A stretch of DNA of 64,000 bases from Parcubacteria group bacterium (GTDB taxonomy: Bacteria; Patescibacteriota; Minisyncoccia; Moranbacterales; JAKLHP01): assembly GCA_041657845.1 (NCBI GenBank), contig JBBABD010000001.1, positions 14,255 to 78,254 on the forward strand, in the 5' to 3' direction. The translations under genes and the position numbers were made by a program. How positions within the stretch are numbered: position 1 is the stretch's first letter; the number at the start of each line of letters is the position of its first letter. A model generated the notes under the pieces. That model did not search any database. It saw only the letters and a list, made by a program, of their open reading frames with translations, and had not been told where the DNA came from. Of the stretch, positions 29,396 to 38,373 are shown piece by piece.

Positions 29396-30865
29396 TCAAA
29401 ATAATTTAACATTTACTAGAGGATTTCTGCCCTTGTATCTTTTTGATGCCGATTGATAAACAGCACTACATAGGCTTATCCCGTTTTTATGACTAGTTAT
29501 CTCTGAAACAGGATTTATTTTATTTCCTTGAATAAATGAAATAAATTCTAAGATTGCTTCTCTCCTAGCATCTTCTTGGTGTCCTCTTGACCTTCCATGA
29601 AGATAGTTTTTACCCAATTCCTTAATGCTAAATTTTTCGTAATTTTTCCATTCAGAAAAATAATTGTCATTTCTGAAAACATGAATATCCAAATGATATT
29701 CATTTCCTACTTCATACAAATTATTTGTAATATTAGGTTTTACTTCTCTCGATTGAAATGAATTGAAATGAATTGCCTGAAACGGACCTTGCTCTATGAT
29801 ATGCGACTCATGTCTTATCCGTCCATTTCCTTTATACAAATCCTTTCCGGCTAAACTCAACCAACCTCTTTTAGAAAAACCATTATGAACGAGATTGACA
29901 CTAGCTAAAGTAATAATAGACTTATCTCTCTTGAAAGCAAAGGAGCAGAAAGAATCTATTTCTCCAAAACGTTTATATAATTTCTTTAATTTTTCGAAAT
30001 TATACTTGTTATATGAATTAAAACTAGGAAAAATCTTCTCATAATCTTCCTTTCCAATCTGATTCAAAAAATCCGAAGGCCTCATAAAATTTGAAAATAC
30101 ATCGACATTGTTTGCCTTTTTTCCCTCATCAGCCGCTTTCATGAGCCACATAATTATATCAAAAAAATGATAACCGCTATGTGAACATTTTCCATAACCA
30201 TGGTTAAATGAATGGTAATCCACATCCATAATCTCATTTGGCAATCTCCACTGCCCATCGGAATGGAAAGATTGAATTGATGTTATTGGACAATTCGTTT
30301 TGTCAAACACCTCCCTGACTAGATTTCTAATTTTTTCAAAAGCAGGATGATATCTTCTTTGAACTGCTAAACTGAATAATATTCTTACGTATTTTTTCTT
30401 GGCCTTTTCGTAAACTTTAATAATTTTTTCATAATCATTAATTAATTTTTTCGCTGAAAATTTTGAGGTACTCAAATTATTATGCACCGACAATGGCTTA
30501 TCCATCAAAACATTCAGTCCTTTTTCTAGCGCCCACTGAGCATAAACAATATGACTTTCTGGACCAGTAGAAATAATGACCCCTTGAATGGAAAATTTAT
30601 CAACAATCTCATCTAGCTTCATTTTTATCGAAGATCTCAACCCATTGGATTTGAAATCTTTAGATAAAAAATAATGCATCTCCAGACTGGGATTACCTTT
30701 TTCAGAAAGATAATTCTCAATATCATCCTTTTTTTCTATGAGATCTAAAACACAAACAATCCGAAAATTATATTTTTCTCCATCCTTTAAAAACACAGGA
30801 AAATATATTCTTTTTGCATGAGATCCTAGACCAATAAGCAGCACATTTGTTATTTTTTTATTCAT
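29396..30865 (-). CDS. Gfo/Idh/MocA-family NAD(P)-dependent oxidoreductase (long form, 489 aa).
   Basis: It has 'VLLIGLGSHAKRIY' (Rossmann) and 'VIISTGPESHIVYAQWALEKGLNVLMDKPLS', the conserved EKP block of the family. Confidence 0.65.
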   Translation of the reverse strand: MNKKITNVLLIGLGSHAKRIYFPVFLKDGEKYNFRIVCVLDLIEKKDDIENYLSEKGNPSLEMHYFLSKDFKSNGLRSSIKMKLDEIVDKFSIQGVIISTGPESHIVYAQWALEKGLNVLMDKPLSVHNNLSTSKFSAKKLINDYEKIIKVYEKAKKKYVRILFSLAVQRRYHPAFEKIRNLVREVFDKTNCPITSIQSFHSDGQWRLPNEIMDVDYHSFNHGYGKCSHSGYHFFDIIMWLMKAADEGKKANNVDVFSNFMRPSDFLNQIGKEDYEKIFPSFNSYNKYNFEKLKKLYKRFGEIDSFCSFAFKRDKSIITLASVNLVHNGFSKRGWLSLAGKDLYKGNGRIRHESHIIEQGPFQAIHFNSFQSREVKPNITNNLYEVGNEYHLDIHVFRNDNYFSEWKNYEKFSIKELGKNYLHGRSRGHQEDARREAILEFISFIQGNKINPVSEITSHKNGISLCSAVYQSASKRYKGRNPLVNVKLF

Positions 30866-30875
30866 ACTAATAAAT

Positions 30876-32252
30876 CTAGTGGATCTTTTCCCTCATTAAA
30901 TGAGCAAAACAAAATGGATCCCCTCCCAATAGCTTCCCGCCCTTAATCTTCCCTCCGGTCAAAATGACAGTTGATCTGCATTTTCCTCTGCATTCTTTTT
31001 TATAGAAACTACATTTCAAACAATCTATCTTTTTAGCATTTCTATAATGTTCCGCCATTGAATGATGCCATATTTCATCAACTGACATGCCTATAGCATT
31101 CGGACCAATAAATTCGGGGTAATCAATAAGAAATGGGCATGCCACAACCCTACCGTCAGGAAGAATGGAAATATCCCTAATTAATGCTCCGCATTCTGAA
31201 TTATCAAAGGGGAACGGATTTTGAGATTTATCCTTTAAATTATAATTAAACAAATCCTTGTGTTTTAAGAGGACTTTAATTCCAGAATTGATAACTTCTT
31301 TTTTACTTCTTAAATCTTGAATTTTTTTAGCAAATTTTTTATATTGGTTCGCAGTTAGAATCAATTTATTGGTATCGTTGTCAATCGCTCTTCCTGATGG
31401 TTTTAATGGAATAAAATTTATGTCGCATTTATATTCCATAGCCACTTCCACTAAAAAATCTGTTTCTCTTATATTATCAGATCCAATAGCCACATTGATT
31501 ACAACTGGTATTTTATTTTTCGAATTTTCATTATATTCATGAAGTTTTTTAAGATTTTCCGCTACCAAATTATATGCTCCTTTTGTTCTTCTTTTATCAT
31601 TGATTTTTTCACTGCCCTCAAGACTTATTACCAAATCCCTAATGCCAGAATTAATAATTTTTTTAAACATTTCATTATTCCAGCACCCATTGCTATTGAG
31701 ACTCACCACCATCCCTAAACCATTTGCGTATTTTATAGTTTCAAATAAATATTTATCAACTGTCGGTTCACCGCCGGTAATCCGCCACTCCGTCGCACCA
31801 GCATCAAAAAACTTTTTAATGATTTTTCTTGTTTGATTGATTGTGCGTTTTTTTTCTGAAAAATTGATATTTCCACTTCTAGCGTAGCAATGATGACAGT
31901 TTAAGTTACACTTTCTTGTAAATGTATCATATACCCTCAGAGGCGCACTGAGACAATTTTTTGATTTTATACTTTTAGATTTTACCAGCCTGCAATTACT
32001 AATACATATTTTATATGCATTTTTTTTAATTAATCCCATTTTCACAAAATCCTCAACATTTTTTTCATTGCTTTCGTTTATAGATTTAATATCTATAGAT
32101 CCTTCATGACAAAGATACTCCAAAAAGTTAAATTTTCCTGAATCTATAATACTTATTTCTCCAGATAGAGAATCATATATCAAACCTCCAAAATATTCAT
32201 TTCTTATGGTGAATCTTCTGGATCTAAATTTCTTTTTATTTTTTCTGATCAT
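30876..32252 (-). CDS. Radical SAM enzyme with a C-terminal SPASM/twitch-type auxiliary Fe-S domain and a ~110-aa N-terminal extension.
   Basis: The radical-SAM motif 'CNLNCHHC' (CX3CX2C) is present. The C-terminus carries 'C-x13-G-x4-C' and 'CLKCSFYKKECRGKC' (Cx2Cx6Cx3C). A 10-bp gap separates it from the downstream oxidoreductase. Confidence 0.8.
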   Translation of the reverse strand: MIRKNKKKFRSRRFTIRNEYFGGLIYDSLSGEISIIDSGKFNFLEYLCHEGSIDIKSINESNEKNVEDFVKMGLIKKNAYKICISNCRLVKSKSIKSKNCLSAPLRVYDTFTRKCNLNCHHCYARSGNINFSEKKRTINQTRKIIKKFFDAGATEWRITGGEPTVDKYLFETIKYANGLGMVVSLNSNGCWNNEMFKKIINSGIRDLVISLEGSEKINDKRRTKGAYNLVAENLKKLHEYNENSKNKIPVVINVAIGSDNIRETDFLVEVAMEYKCDINFIPLKPSGRAIDNDTNKLILTANQYKKFAKKIQDLRSKKEVINSGIKVLLKHKDLFNYNLKDKSQNPFPFDNSECGALIRDISILPDGRVVACPFLIDYPEFIGPNAIGMSVDEIWHHSMAEHYRNAKKIDCLKCSFYKKECRGKCRSTVILTGGKIKGGKLLGGDPFCFAHLMREKIH

Positions 32253-32348
32253 TATTTTAATCTTAAATGAAAAATTTAATCATAAAACGTTAAAAAACCA
32301 ACAAATTAAATCCTTAATTCGCAACTTTTTTAATAATATTAAATCCGT

Positions 32349-33287
32349 TCAATTCTCAATTATTTCTTTTACCGAATAATTCATCGTTCCTCTGGTCTTG
32401 TAATAATTTTTGAGCAGAATGTCAGCCAGAAGTCCAAAGATAAAAAGCTGGATTCCCACCATAATTAGAAGTGCGCCGATAAGAGGCCAGATTCTTTCTG
32501 AAAGAGCTGTTCTGAAAAATATTTTTTCCACTGCCATCCAGATTAAAACTGCAAAGCCGGCAAACAGACAGAACATTCCTCCGCCACCGAAAAGATGGAC
32601 CGGACGATTGGAATATTTTCGCCAAAACCAAATGGAAACCATATCCACAATGCCTTTGACTCCCCTTTTCCAATTGTATTTCGTTGTTCCGTGAACTCGG
32701 GGGAAATGATTGACTTTTATTTCTCCGACTTTATATCCATCAAACTGCAAAATAGCTGGCATAAAACGATGCATTTCTCCAAAAAGGTCGACATCTTTGA
32801 AACATTCGCGCTTGTAAGCTTTGAGACTGCACCCGCTATCATGAATATTGTCTTCTACCAGAACCTTCCGAAGCAGATTGGCCATTCGAGAAGAAAGCTT
32901 TTTCATAAAATCATCTTTCCTTTGCCATCTCCATCCGGAAACCACATCGAATCCTTCATTCATTTTTTCTAATAATAATTTGATGTCTTTGGGATCATTT
33001 TGCAGATCGCCGTCCATCGTGATGATAACATCGCCTTTGGCCGCTTTTATTCCGGCATCAAATCCGGCCGTCTGGCCGTAATTTTTTCGGAACCGGATAA
33101 GTTTTAACGGTGTCAGTCCTTCGCAATTTTTGGCCGTTTCATCAGTCGATCCGTCATCGATAAAAATAATCTCGTAGGTTTTGCCGAGAGGCTCGCAAGC
33201 CTCGACAATCCTCTTGTGAAGTTCTTTGGCGTTGTCTTCCTCATTATAGATAGGAACGACAACGGAAATGTCTAGTTTATTGTCCAT
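32349..33287 (-). CDS. GT2 polyprenyl-phosphate glycosyltransferase (ArnC/GtrB/DPM1-like) with C-terminal TM helices.
   Basis: It has 'ISVVVPIYNEEDN...IIFIDDGSTDET', 'ITMDGDLQNDP' and two C-terminal TM helices. Confidence 0.85.
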   Translation of the reverse strand: MDNKLDISVVVPIYNEEDNAKELHKRIVEACEPLGKTYEIIFIDDGSTDETAKNCEGLTPLKLIRFRKNYGQTAGFDAGIKAAKGDVIITMDGDLQNDPKDIKLLLEKMNEGFDVVSGWRWQRKDDFMKKLSSRMANLLRKVLVEDNIHDSGCSLKAYKRECFKDVDLFGEMHRFMPAILQFDGYKVGEIKVNHFPRVHGTTKYNWKRGVKGIVDMVSIWFWRKYSNRPVHLFGGGGMFCLFAGFAVLIWMAVEKIFFRTALSERIWPLIGALLIMVGIQLFIFGLLADILLKNYYKTRGTMNYSVKEIIEN

Positions 33288-33354
33288 AATAATGATTTTA
33301 TCCGATTTCTAAAGAATTGGCAAATGCACCGAATCTAGAAAATCAATAGCCATA

Positions 33355-33428
33355 AAACAGAAGCTTGACTTTAATAATTATGGTGTTAAAATACACATAT
33401 ACATTAATAATTATGGTGTTAATTATAT
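33355..33428 (+). promoter_or_regulatory. Putative sigma70-type promoter with flanking direct repeats upstream of the AAA ATPase gene.
   Basis: 'ttgact' is followed by a 16-nt spacer and 'taaaat'. A 19-bp direct repeat 'ttaataattatggtgttaa' occurs twice, overlapping the -10 element and the start codon. Confidence 0.3.
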
Positions 33429-34668
33429 GATAGATATTCGCAGAAAATTATTCGATGAATTGAAGAATAACCTTAAAACAAAGGAAATTTTACTAATTGT
33501 TGGACCTCGCCAAGCCGGAAAAACAACCTTAATGAACAAACTCCGGATTTTCCTTGAGGAAAAGGGAGAAAAAAGCGTCTTTTTGAATTTGGACTTTGAA
33601 AAAGATGCGGCTTCGTTCGTTTCCCAAGATGCTCTTGTTAGAAAATTAGAATTGGAATTAGGAAAAGAAAAAGGGTTTGTTTTTATAGACGAAATTCAAA
33701 GGAAAGAAAATGCCGGACTTTTTTTGAAAGGAATCTACGATATGGAATTGCCATACAAATTCATTATCTCCGGTTCGGGAAGTTTGGAGCTTAAAGAAAA
33801 AATACATGAATCTCTGGCTGGAAGAAAAAGAATATTTGAACTTTCCACGGTCAGCTTCGAAGAATTTGTTAATTTTAAAACTAACTACAAATACAGCCAA
33901 AAACTGAACGATTTTTTTTCCATTGAAAATGAAACATCATTGTCTCTTTTGAATGAATATCTTAATTTTGGAGGATATCCGAGAGTCATCCTAGAAAGCA
34001 TGCTCGCGGAAAAAAATAGGACTATCAGTGAAATATTCAGAAGCTACACCGAAAAAGATATCGCCTATTTTTTAGGAGCAAACAAGATCGAAAAATTCGG
34101 ATTGTTAATAAAACTTTTAGCCGACCAATCCGGAAAAATTATTAACTATTCGGAATTGGCCAAAGAAACAGGAATAAGTTTTCAGACGTTGAAAAATTAT
34201 CTTTGGTATGCTGAAAAAACCTTTTCTATTCGGACAATATCACCGTATTTCAAAAACAAACGCAAAGAAATAACCCGTTCTCCGCTAGCATATTTCTACG
34301 ATTTGGGTTTTAGAAATTTCTCGCTAGGGTTATTTGGCAATCTTGCTCAACCAGACCAGCTTGGATTTGTTTTTCAAAATCTTGTCGCAAACAGACTGCA
34401 TGAAAAAATAGCAAATACTGCTAAAAACTTGGGTTTCTGGAGGACACTGGATAAAGCCGAGGTTGATTTCATAATTAGTGAGGGGAAATCAGCTCTTCCT
34501 GTTGAAGTAAAATATTCACGGCTTAAAAAGCCTCAAATAACCAGATCTCTTGGAAATTTCATAAAAGCATATTCTCCCACTGAAGCTTGGATTGTAAATT
34601 TGACTTTAGAAACAGAAATAAAAATAGAGAATACAACAGTTAAATTCATACCTTTTTACAAATTATAA
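33427..34668 (+). CDS. AAA+ ATPase (AAA_14 / DUF4143-type ATP-binding protein).
   Basis: It has the Walker A motif 'LLIVGPRQAGKTTL' and Walker B motif 'FVFIDEIQ'. The C-terminal domain is typical of DUF4143. Confidence 0.65.
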   Translation: MIDIRRKLFDELKNNLKTKEILLIVGPRQAGKTTLMNKLRIFLEEKGEKSVFLNLDFEKDAASFVSQDALVRKLELELGKEKGFVFIDEIQRKENAGLFLKGIYDMELPYKFIISGSGSLELKEKIHESLAGRKRIFELSTVSFEEFVNFKTNYKYSQKLNDFFSIENETSLSLLNEYLNFGGYPRVILESMLAEKNRTISEIFRSYTEKDIAYFLGANKIEKFGLLIKLLADQSGKIINYSELAKETGISFQTLKNYLWYAEKTFSIRTISPYFKNKRKEITRSPLAYFYDLGFRNFSLGLFGNLAQPDQLGFVFQNLVANRLHEKIANTAKNLGFWRTLDKAEVDFIISEGKSALPVEVKYSRLKKPQITRSLGNFIKAYSPTEAWIVNLTLETEIKIENTTVKFIPFYKL

Positions 34669-34710
34669 AGTAATTGACGCTCGAACAGACTGGCAGTATA
34701 ATTTATTTAT

Positions 34711-34887
34711 GAACATTACGAAATGCGATATTTGCAAAAAAACAATAAAGAAAGACTCAAAAAGCCTATATATAGGATTGGGTAGTATTTTTTCTAATCA
34801 TATTGAAATATGTGAAAATTGCGGAAAACCTGTAATGAAACTGCTAAAGGATAAGAAGCTAATAGAAAGTAAGCGAACTAGCTAGAA
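34711..34887 (+). CDS. Possible small zinc-ribbon protein (58 aa).
   Basis: 'CDICKK...CENCGK' forms two CxxC pairs. No clear Shine-Dalgarno sequence is seen. Confidence 0.25.
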
Positions 34888-34980
34888 AAAAATTCAGATG
34901 CAAGACTCAAAAAACCAGCCGTGCGCCGGATTTTTGTTTGGCAATAAGTCCAAAATTTGCTATAATTGAAGCGTTAAAAA

Positions 34981-36450
34981 TTGAAAAACAAAATGATGAA
35001 GAAAATAATCGCTTTTTTTGTGTTTTTGTCATTCTTGTCCGCTTTCTTCCCCAGCACTAGACCCGCCAAGGCGGATGATAGTCTTGTTTCGGTATATAGC
35101 TTTTGGAGCAAAACATCTTCTTATCGTTTTTTGACTTCATCGGCATCGGAAATCAAAAGCCTCTCTTCAAACAGCAACTGGGAAAGTGAAGGAATCTTGT
35201 GGTATGCCTATTCATCAAAGCAAAATGATACTGTTCCTATTTATAGAATAAAAAGTAGCACATACTCATATTATTATTACACGGCTTCAAAATCAAAAAG
35301 GAGCAGTTTGATAAAAACAAAGGGCTGGGTCGACAAAGGAATTGCTTTCTATGCCTATGCCAGCAAGCAAGATGCCACAACGCCTGTATATGCGCTAAAA
35401 AATTCAAAAACCAAAAAATATTTCTATACTTCAAGCCCGGGAGAAAAAAATTGTATGCTAACGGACAGCACATGGACTGGCGGAGAAACGGCTTTTTGGG
35501 TTCCAAAAGAAAATGCCAACGTCTCAGATTATGAAACCACCTGCCGAGCATCTTATGGACCGGAAATTAGCGTTGGTCTCTGGAGCTATACCAAAAAGGA
35601 TTTGCAAAGTGGATATTTCAAAATAAAAGCCAACAAGGATTATACGATAAAAGATAAGGATGGAGACAGAATAACTACAATTTCGGCAGGCACCATAACA
35701 AAAGTGAAATACAATGGAGATAAGGATCTTTTGGTTTATAGCTCAATAAAAGACAGGACATTCAGCAAAGAAGTGAGCTTTGACGCCAAAGATGGAAATA
35801 ATTCCAATCTGGTTTTTGACATCTACCGCCCCGGATCCAGCTACGATCAATATCGGGGAAAGATAAAAATAAAATATTATGACAACGATAACATTTGGGT
35901 TGTCAACACTCTTCCGATGGAACAATATGTCTGGGGAATGGGAGAAACGACGGGAACCGGACCATTCGAGCACACCAAAGTTATGACCACAATGTTCCGA
36001 ACTTACGGCTATTGGTACAAAGAATACGCCACCAAATATTTGAAATATGGATTCACCATCCGAAGCGATTCAGGATCCCAAATTTATCGAGGTTACGATT
36101 GGGAGAAAAAATATCCCAATATCAAAAAAGCGGCGGAAAGTACCAAGGGAATCATTGTTAAATATAAAAACGAGATTGCGCTGACTCCATACAGTTCTTG
36201 GAGCGATGGAAGAACTCGAAGTTTTGAAGAACGCTGGGGATCGGATGATTACCCATGGTGTAAATCAGTAAAGGATCCGTACGGAAAACATCCATCGCTT
36301 AGTACCAAAAAGCTGGAAGCGGCCGGAAATCATATGGTCGGACTGATTGCCAACGGATCACTAAAACTGGCCGGAAGCAAATACAAAAAGAAATATGACT
36401 GGATACTCAAATATTATTACACCAAAGTATCGCTTGCGAAAATGTATTAA
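34981..36450 (+). CDS. Secreted SpoIID/LytB-domain protein with an N-terminal array of ~45-aa repeats.
   Basis: It has a signal peptide and three repeats of the 'W..EGI..YAY.S.Q..T.P(I/V)Y' type. The C-terminal 'NTLPMEQYVWGMGE...FRTYGYW' matches the SpoIID/LytB motif. Confidence 0.5.
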   Translation: MKNKMMKKIIAFFVFLSFLSAFFPSTRPAKADDSLVSVYSFWSKTSSYRFLTSSASEIKSLSSNSNWESEGILWYAYSSKQNDTVPIYRIKSSTYSYYYYTASKSKRSSLIKTKGWVDKGIAFYAYASKQDATTPVYALKNSKTKKYFYTSSPGEKNCMLTDSTWTGGETAFWVPKENANVSDYETTCRASYGPEISVGLWSYTKKDLQSGYFKIKANKDYTIKDKDGDRITTISAGTITKVKYNGDKDLLVYSSIKDRTFSKEVSFDAKDGNNSNLVFDIYRPGSSYDQYRGKIKIKYYDNDNIWVVNTLPMEQYVWGMGETTGTGPFEHTKVMTTMFRTYGYWYKEYATKYLKYGFTIRSDSGSQIYRGYDWEKKYPNIKKAAESTKGIIVKYKNEIALTPYSSWSDGRTRSFEERWGSDDYPWCKSVKDPYGKHPSLSTKKLEAAGNHMVGLIANGSLKLAGSKYKKKYDWILKYYYTKVSLAKMY

Positions 36451-36494
36451 CGGAGTTATAAGATTGGGACTTACGCATTTTAAATAATAATTAT

Positions 36495-36604
36495 GTCATC
36501 CTGCGAAAGCAGGAATCTACGCAAACGATAATTGAGAGTTTAACGTGTAAATATCATACTGGCGTAATTCGATAATGTAGATTCCTGGTCAAGCCAGGAA
36601 TGAC
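36495..36604. repeat. MITE-like element, copy B, inverted relative to copy A.
   Basis: The reverse complement aligns to 3899..4010. The terminal hairpins are identical apart from one indel, and the internal ~55 bp is ~75% identical. Confidence 0.7.
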
Positions 36605-36644
36605 AACCAAACGCGTAATTTATAAAAATTATAAAATTTTCAAG

Positions 36645-37175
36645 ATGTTTAAAAAGATTATTCTGATATTATTCATAATCGCCCTGGGATTGCTGGCCTA
36701 TTTCGCCTATCCGATTGTTAAAAATCGCTATTTTAAAAACGAAAGTTCAATTAAGAATGAAGAACAGGGATCAAATGAAAATACAATCATGAATAATGGA
36801 AATGAATCAGAAGATGAAAAAAACAACACCAGTGATGTTGAAAACGAAGAAAACTCAGCTTCAAGCAACGAAGTTAAGGATGAAATTGACGAATCAGGAG
36901 ATGCTGTTAACATTACAGCCAAAGATTGCGACAATGAATGTTTAAATTTCCAAGAGAATGAAAGCAGTTTAAGATATTGTCAAGACATCTGCGACATTTC
37001 TTCGACCAAGGACAGTGATAATTGCGAAAGCAAAACCGGAACAGATAAGGATTACTGCTTCAAAAATCAAGCAGTTGCAAAAACCGATCTGAAAATTTGC
37101 AATTCAATAGCTGATGCAAAAATAAAATCCGCCTGTAAAAACCGAGTGACAGAAGATTTGCTGGAAAATCAGTGA
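36645..37175 (+). CDS. Membrane-anchored acidic Cys-rich hypothetical protein.
   Basis: The probable start is 'MFKKIILILF'; the longer ORF from 36600 would run through the MITE. It has a TM helix, a low-complexity acidic region and ten or more Cys in the C-terminal half. Confidence 0.4.
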   Translation: MFKKIILILFIIALGLLAYFAYPIVKNRYFKNESSIKNEEQGSNENTIMNNGNESEDEKNNTSDVENEENSASSNEVKDEIDESGDAVNITAKDCDNECLNFQENESSLRYCQDICDISSTKDSDNCESKTGTDKDYCFKNQAVAKTDLKICNSIADAKIKSACKNRVTEDLLENQ

Positions 37176-37221
37176 TGCTAATATGCAAATCTTATGCTAA
37201 TCTGCTAATTGCGAATAAATT

Positions 37222-37617
37222 ATGAGGAGAGATGAATTAATTTACTCTGATTTGTCTTATGAAATATTCGGCATATTATTCAAAGTCCAAAATGAATTAG
37301 GCAGATATTGCAATGAAAAGCAATATGGAGATTCTATAGAAGAAAAATTAAAAGAAAACAAAATTAGCTATGCGAGAGAAAAAACATTGCCAGTGTCGTT
37401 TGAGGGAGAAAAGATAAACAGAAATAAGGTTGATTTTATCATAGAAAACAAAATAATATTAGAATTGAAATGCTCCAATTTCACTACTAAAGAAAATTAC
37501 TACCAATTAAGAAGATACCTTTCTGCATATAATTTGAAACTTGGAATTTTAGTAAATTTCAGGGATAAATATCTAAAACCAAAAAGAATATTAAATTCAG
37601 AATGCAAAGAGTATTAA
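37222..37617 (+). CDS. GxxExxY-family protein (PD-(D/E)xK-like small protein).
   Basis: 131 aa. 'ELGRYCNEKQYGDSIEEKL' and the C-terminal 'LKLGILVNF' fit the family. It is flanked by inverted repeats. Confidence 0.5.
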   Translation: MRRDELIYSDLSYEIFGILFKVQNELGRYCNEKQYGDSIEEKLKENKISYAREKTLPVSFEGEKINRNKVDFIIENKIILELKCSNFTTKENYYQLRRYLSAYNLKLGILVNFRDKYLKPKRILNSECKEY

Positions 37618-37677
37618 GATATATTAGCATGAAATAATTCGCGGCATTCGCATCAATTAGCATATTAGCATCATATT

Positions 37678-38355
37678 ATGAAAATTTTTATCGTTATTCC
37701 CGCTTTTAATGAAGGAACTGTGATTCAGGATGTTATAAGAGAAATAAAAGAAGAAGGATATGAAAATATTATCATCGTTGACGATGGAAGCAAGGATAAT
37801 ACCTATTCAAAAGCCAAAGAAATAAAAGGGATTACTGCCCTGAGACACAAAATCAATCGAGGAAAAGGAGCGGCTACCAAAACCGGCATTGAAGCGGCAA
37901 AATTGCTTGGAGCTGATATTATTGTTACAATGGATGGAGATGGACAGCATGACCCCAAAGACATCAAAAAACTCGTAGAACCGATAATCAAAAATGAATT
38001 CGACGTTGTTTTGGGCACAAGACTTAAAAATCCCGAGGGTATGCCCTTGTACAAGAGATTGCATAATTGGATCGCAAATCTGGTAACTTGGTACTTGTTT
38101 GGCATCTGGGTAACCGACAGTCAGTCGGGTTTTCGCGTTTATTCGCGAAAATCCGCAGATTCAATCAACACAAGATATGATCGGTATGAATATGACAGCG
38201 AGGTAATCCGAGAAATTTATTTGCGAAAACTCAGCTTCACGGAGATCCCAATCACTGTCAGATATACTGAATATTCTATGGGAAAGGAACACGGCCAAGG
38301 AATTATAAACGGATTCAAAACGTTATACAAAATGATTTGGAGGCTAATGAATTAG
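37678..38355 (+). CDS. GT2 polyprenyl-phosphate glycosyltransferase (soluble DPM1-like).
   Basis: It has 'FIVIPAFNEGTVI...IIIVDDGSKDNT' and 'VTMDGDGQHDP'. Confidence 0.75.
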   Translation: MKIFIVIPAFNEGTVIQDVIREIKEEGYENIIIVDDGSKDNTYSKAKEIKGITALRHKINRGKGAATKTGIEAAKLLGADIIVTMDGDGQHDPKDIKKLVEPIIKNEFDVVLGTRLKNPEGMPLYKRLHNWIANLVTWYLFGIWVTDSQSGFRVYSRKSADSINTRYDRYEYDSEVIREIYLRKLSFTEIPITVRYTEYSMGKEHGQGIINGFKTLYKMIWRLMN

Positions 38356-38373
38356 ATCATTATAAACGCCACT

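Noticed and set aside
30876-33300. Search for a RiPP precursor peptide next to the rSAM/SPASM gene.
   Set aside because: No small Cys/Ser/Gly-rich ORF with a ribosome-binding site was found in the 100-bp spacers on either side. The RiPP interpretation is therefore kept only as a minor alternative.
36600-36644. N-terminal extension of the 36600..37175 ORF ('MTTKRVIYKNYKIFK').
   Set aside because: It overlaps the MITE hairpin. The downstream Met 'MFKKIIL' at 36645, followed by a TM helix, is the more plausible start.
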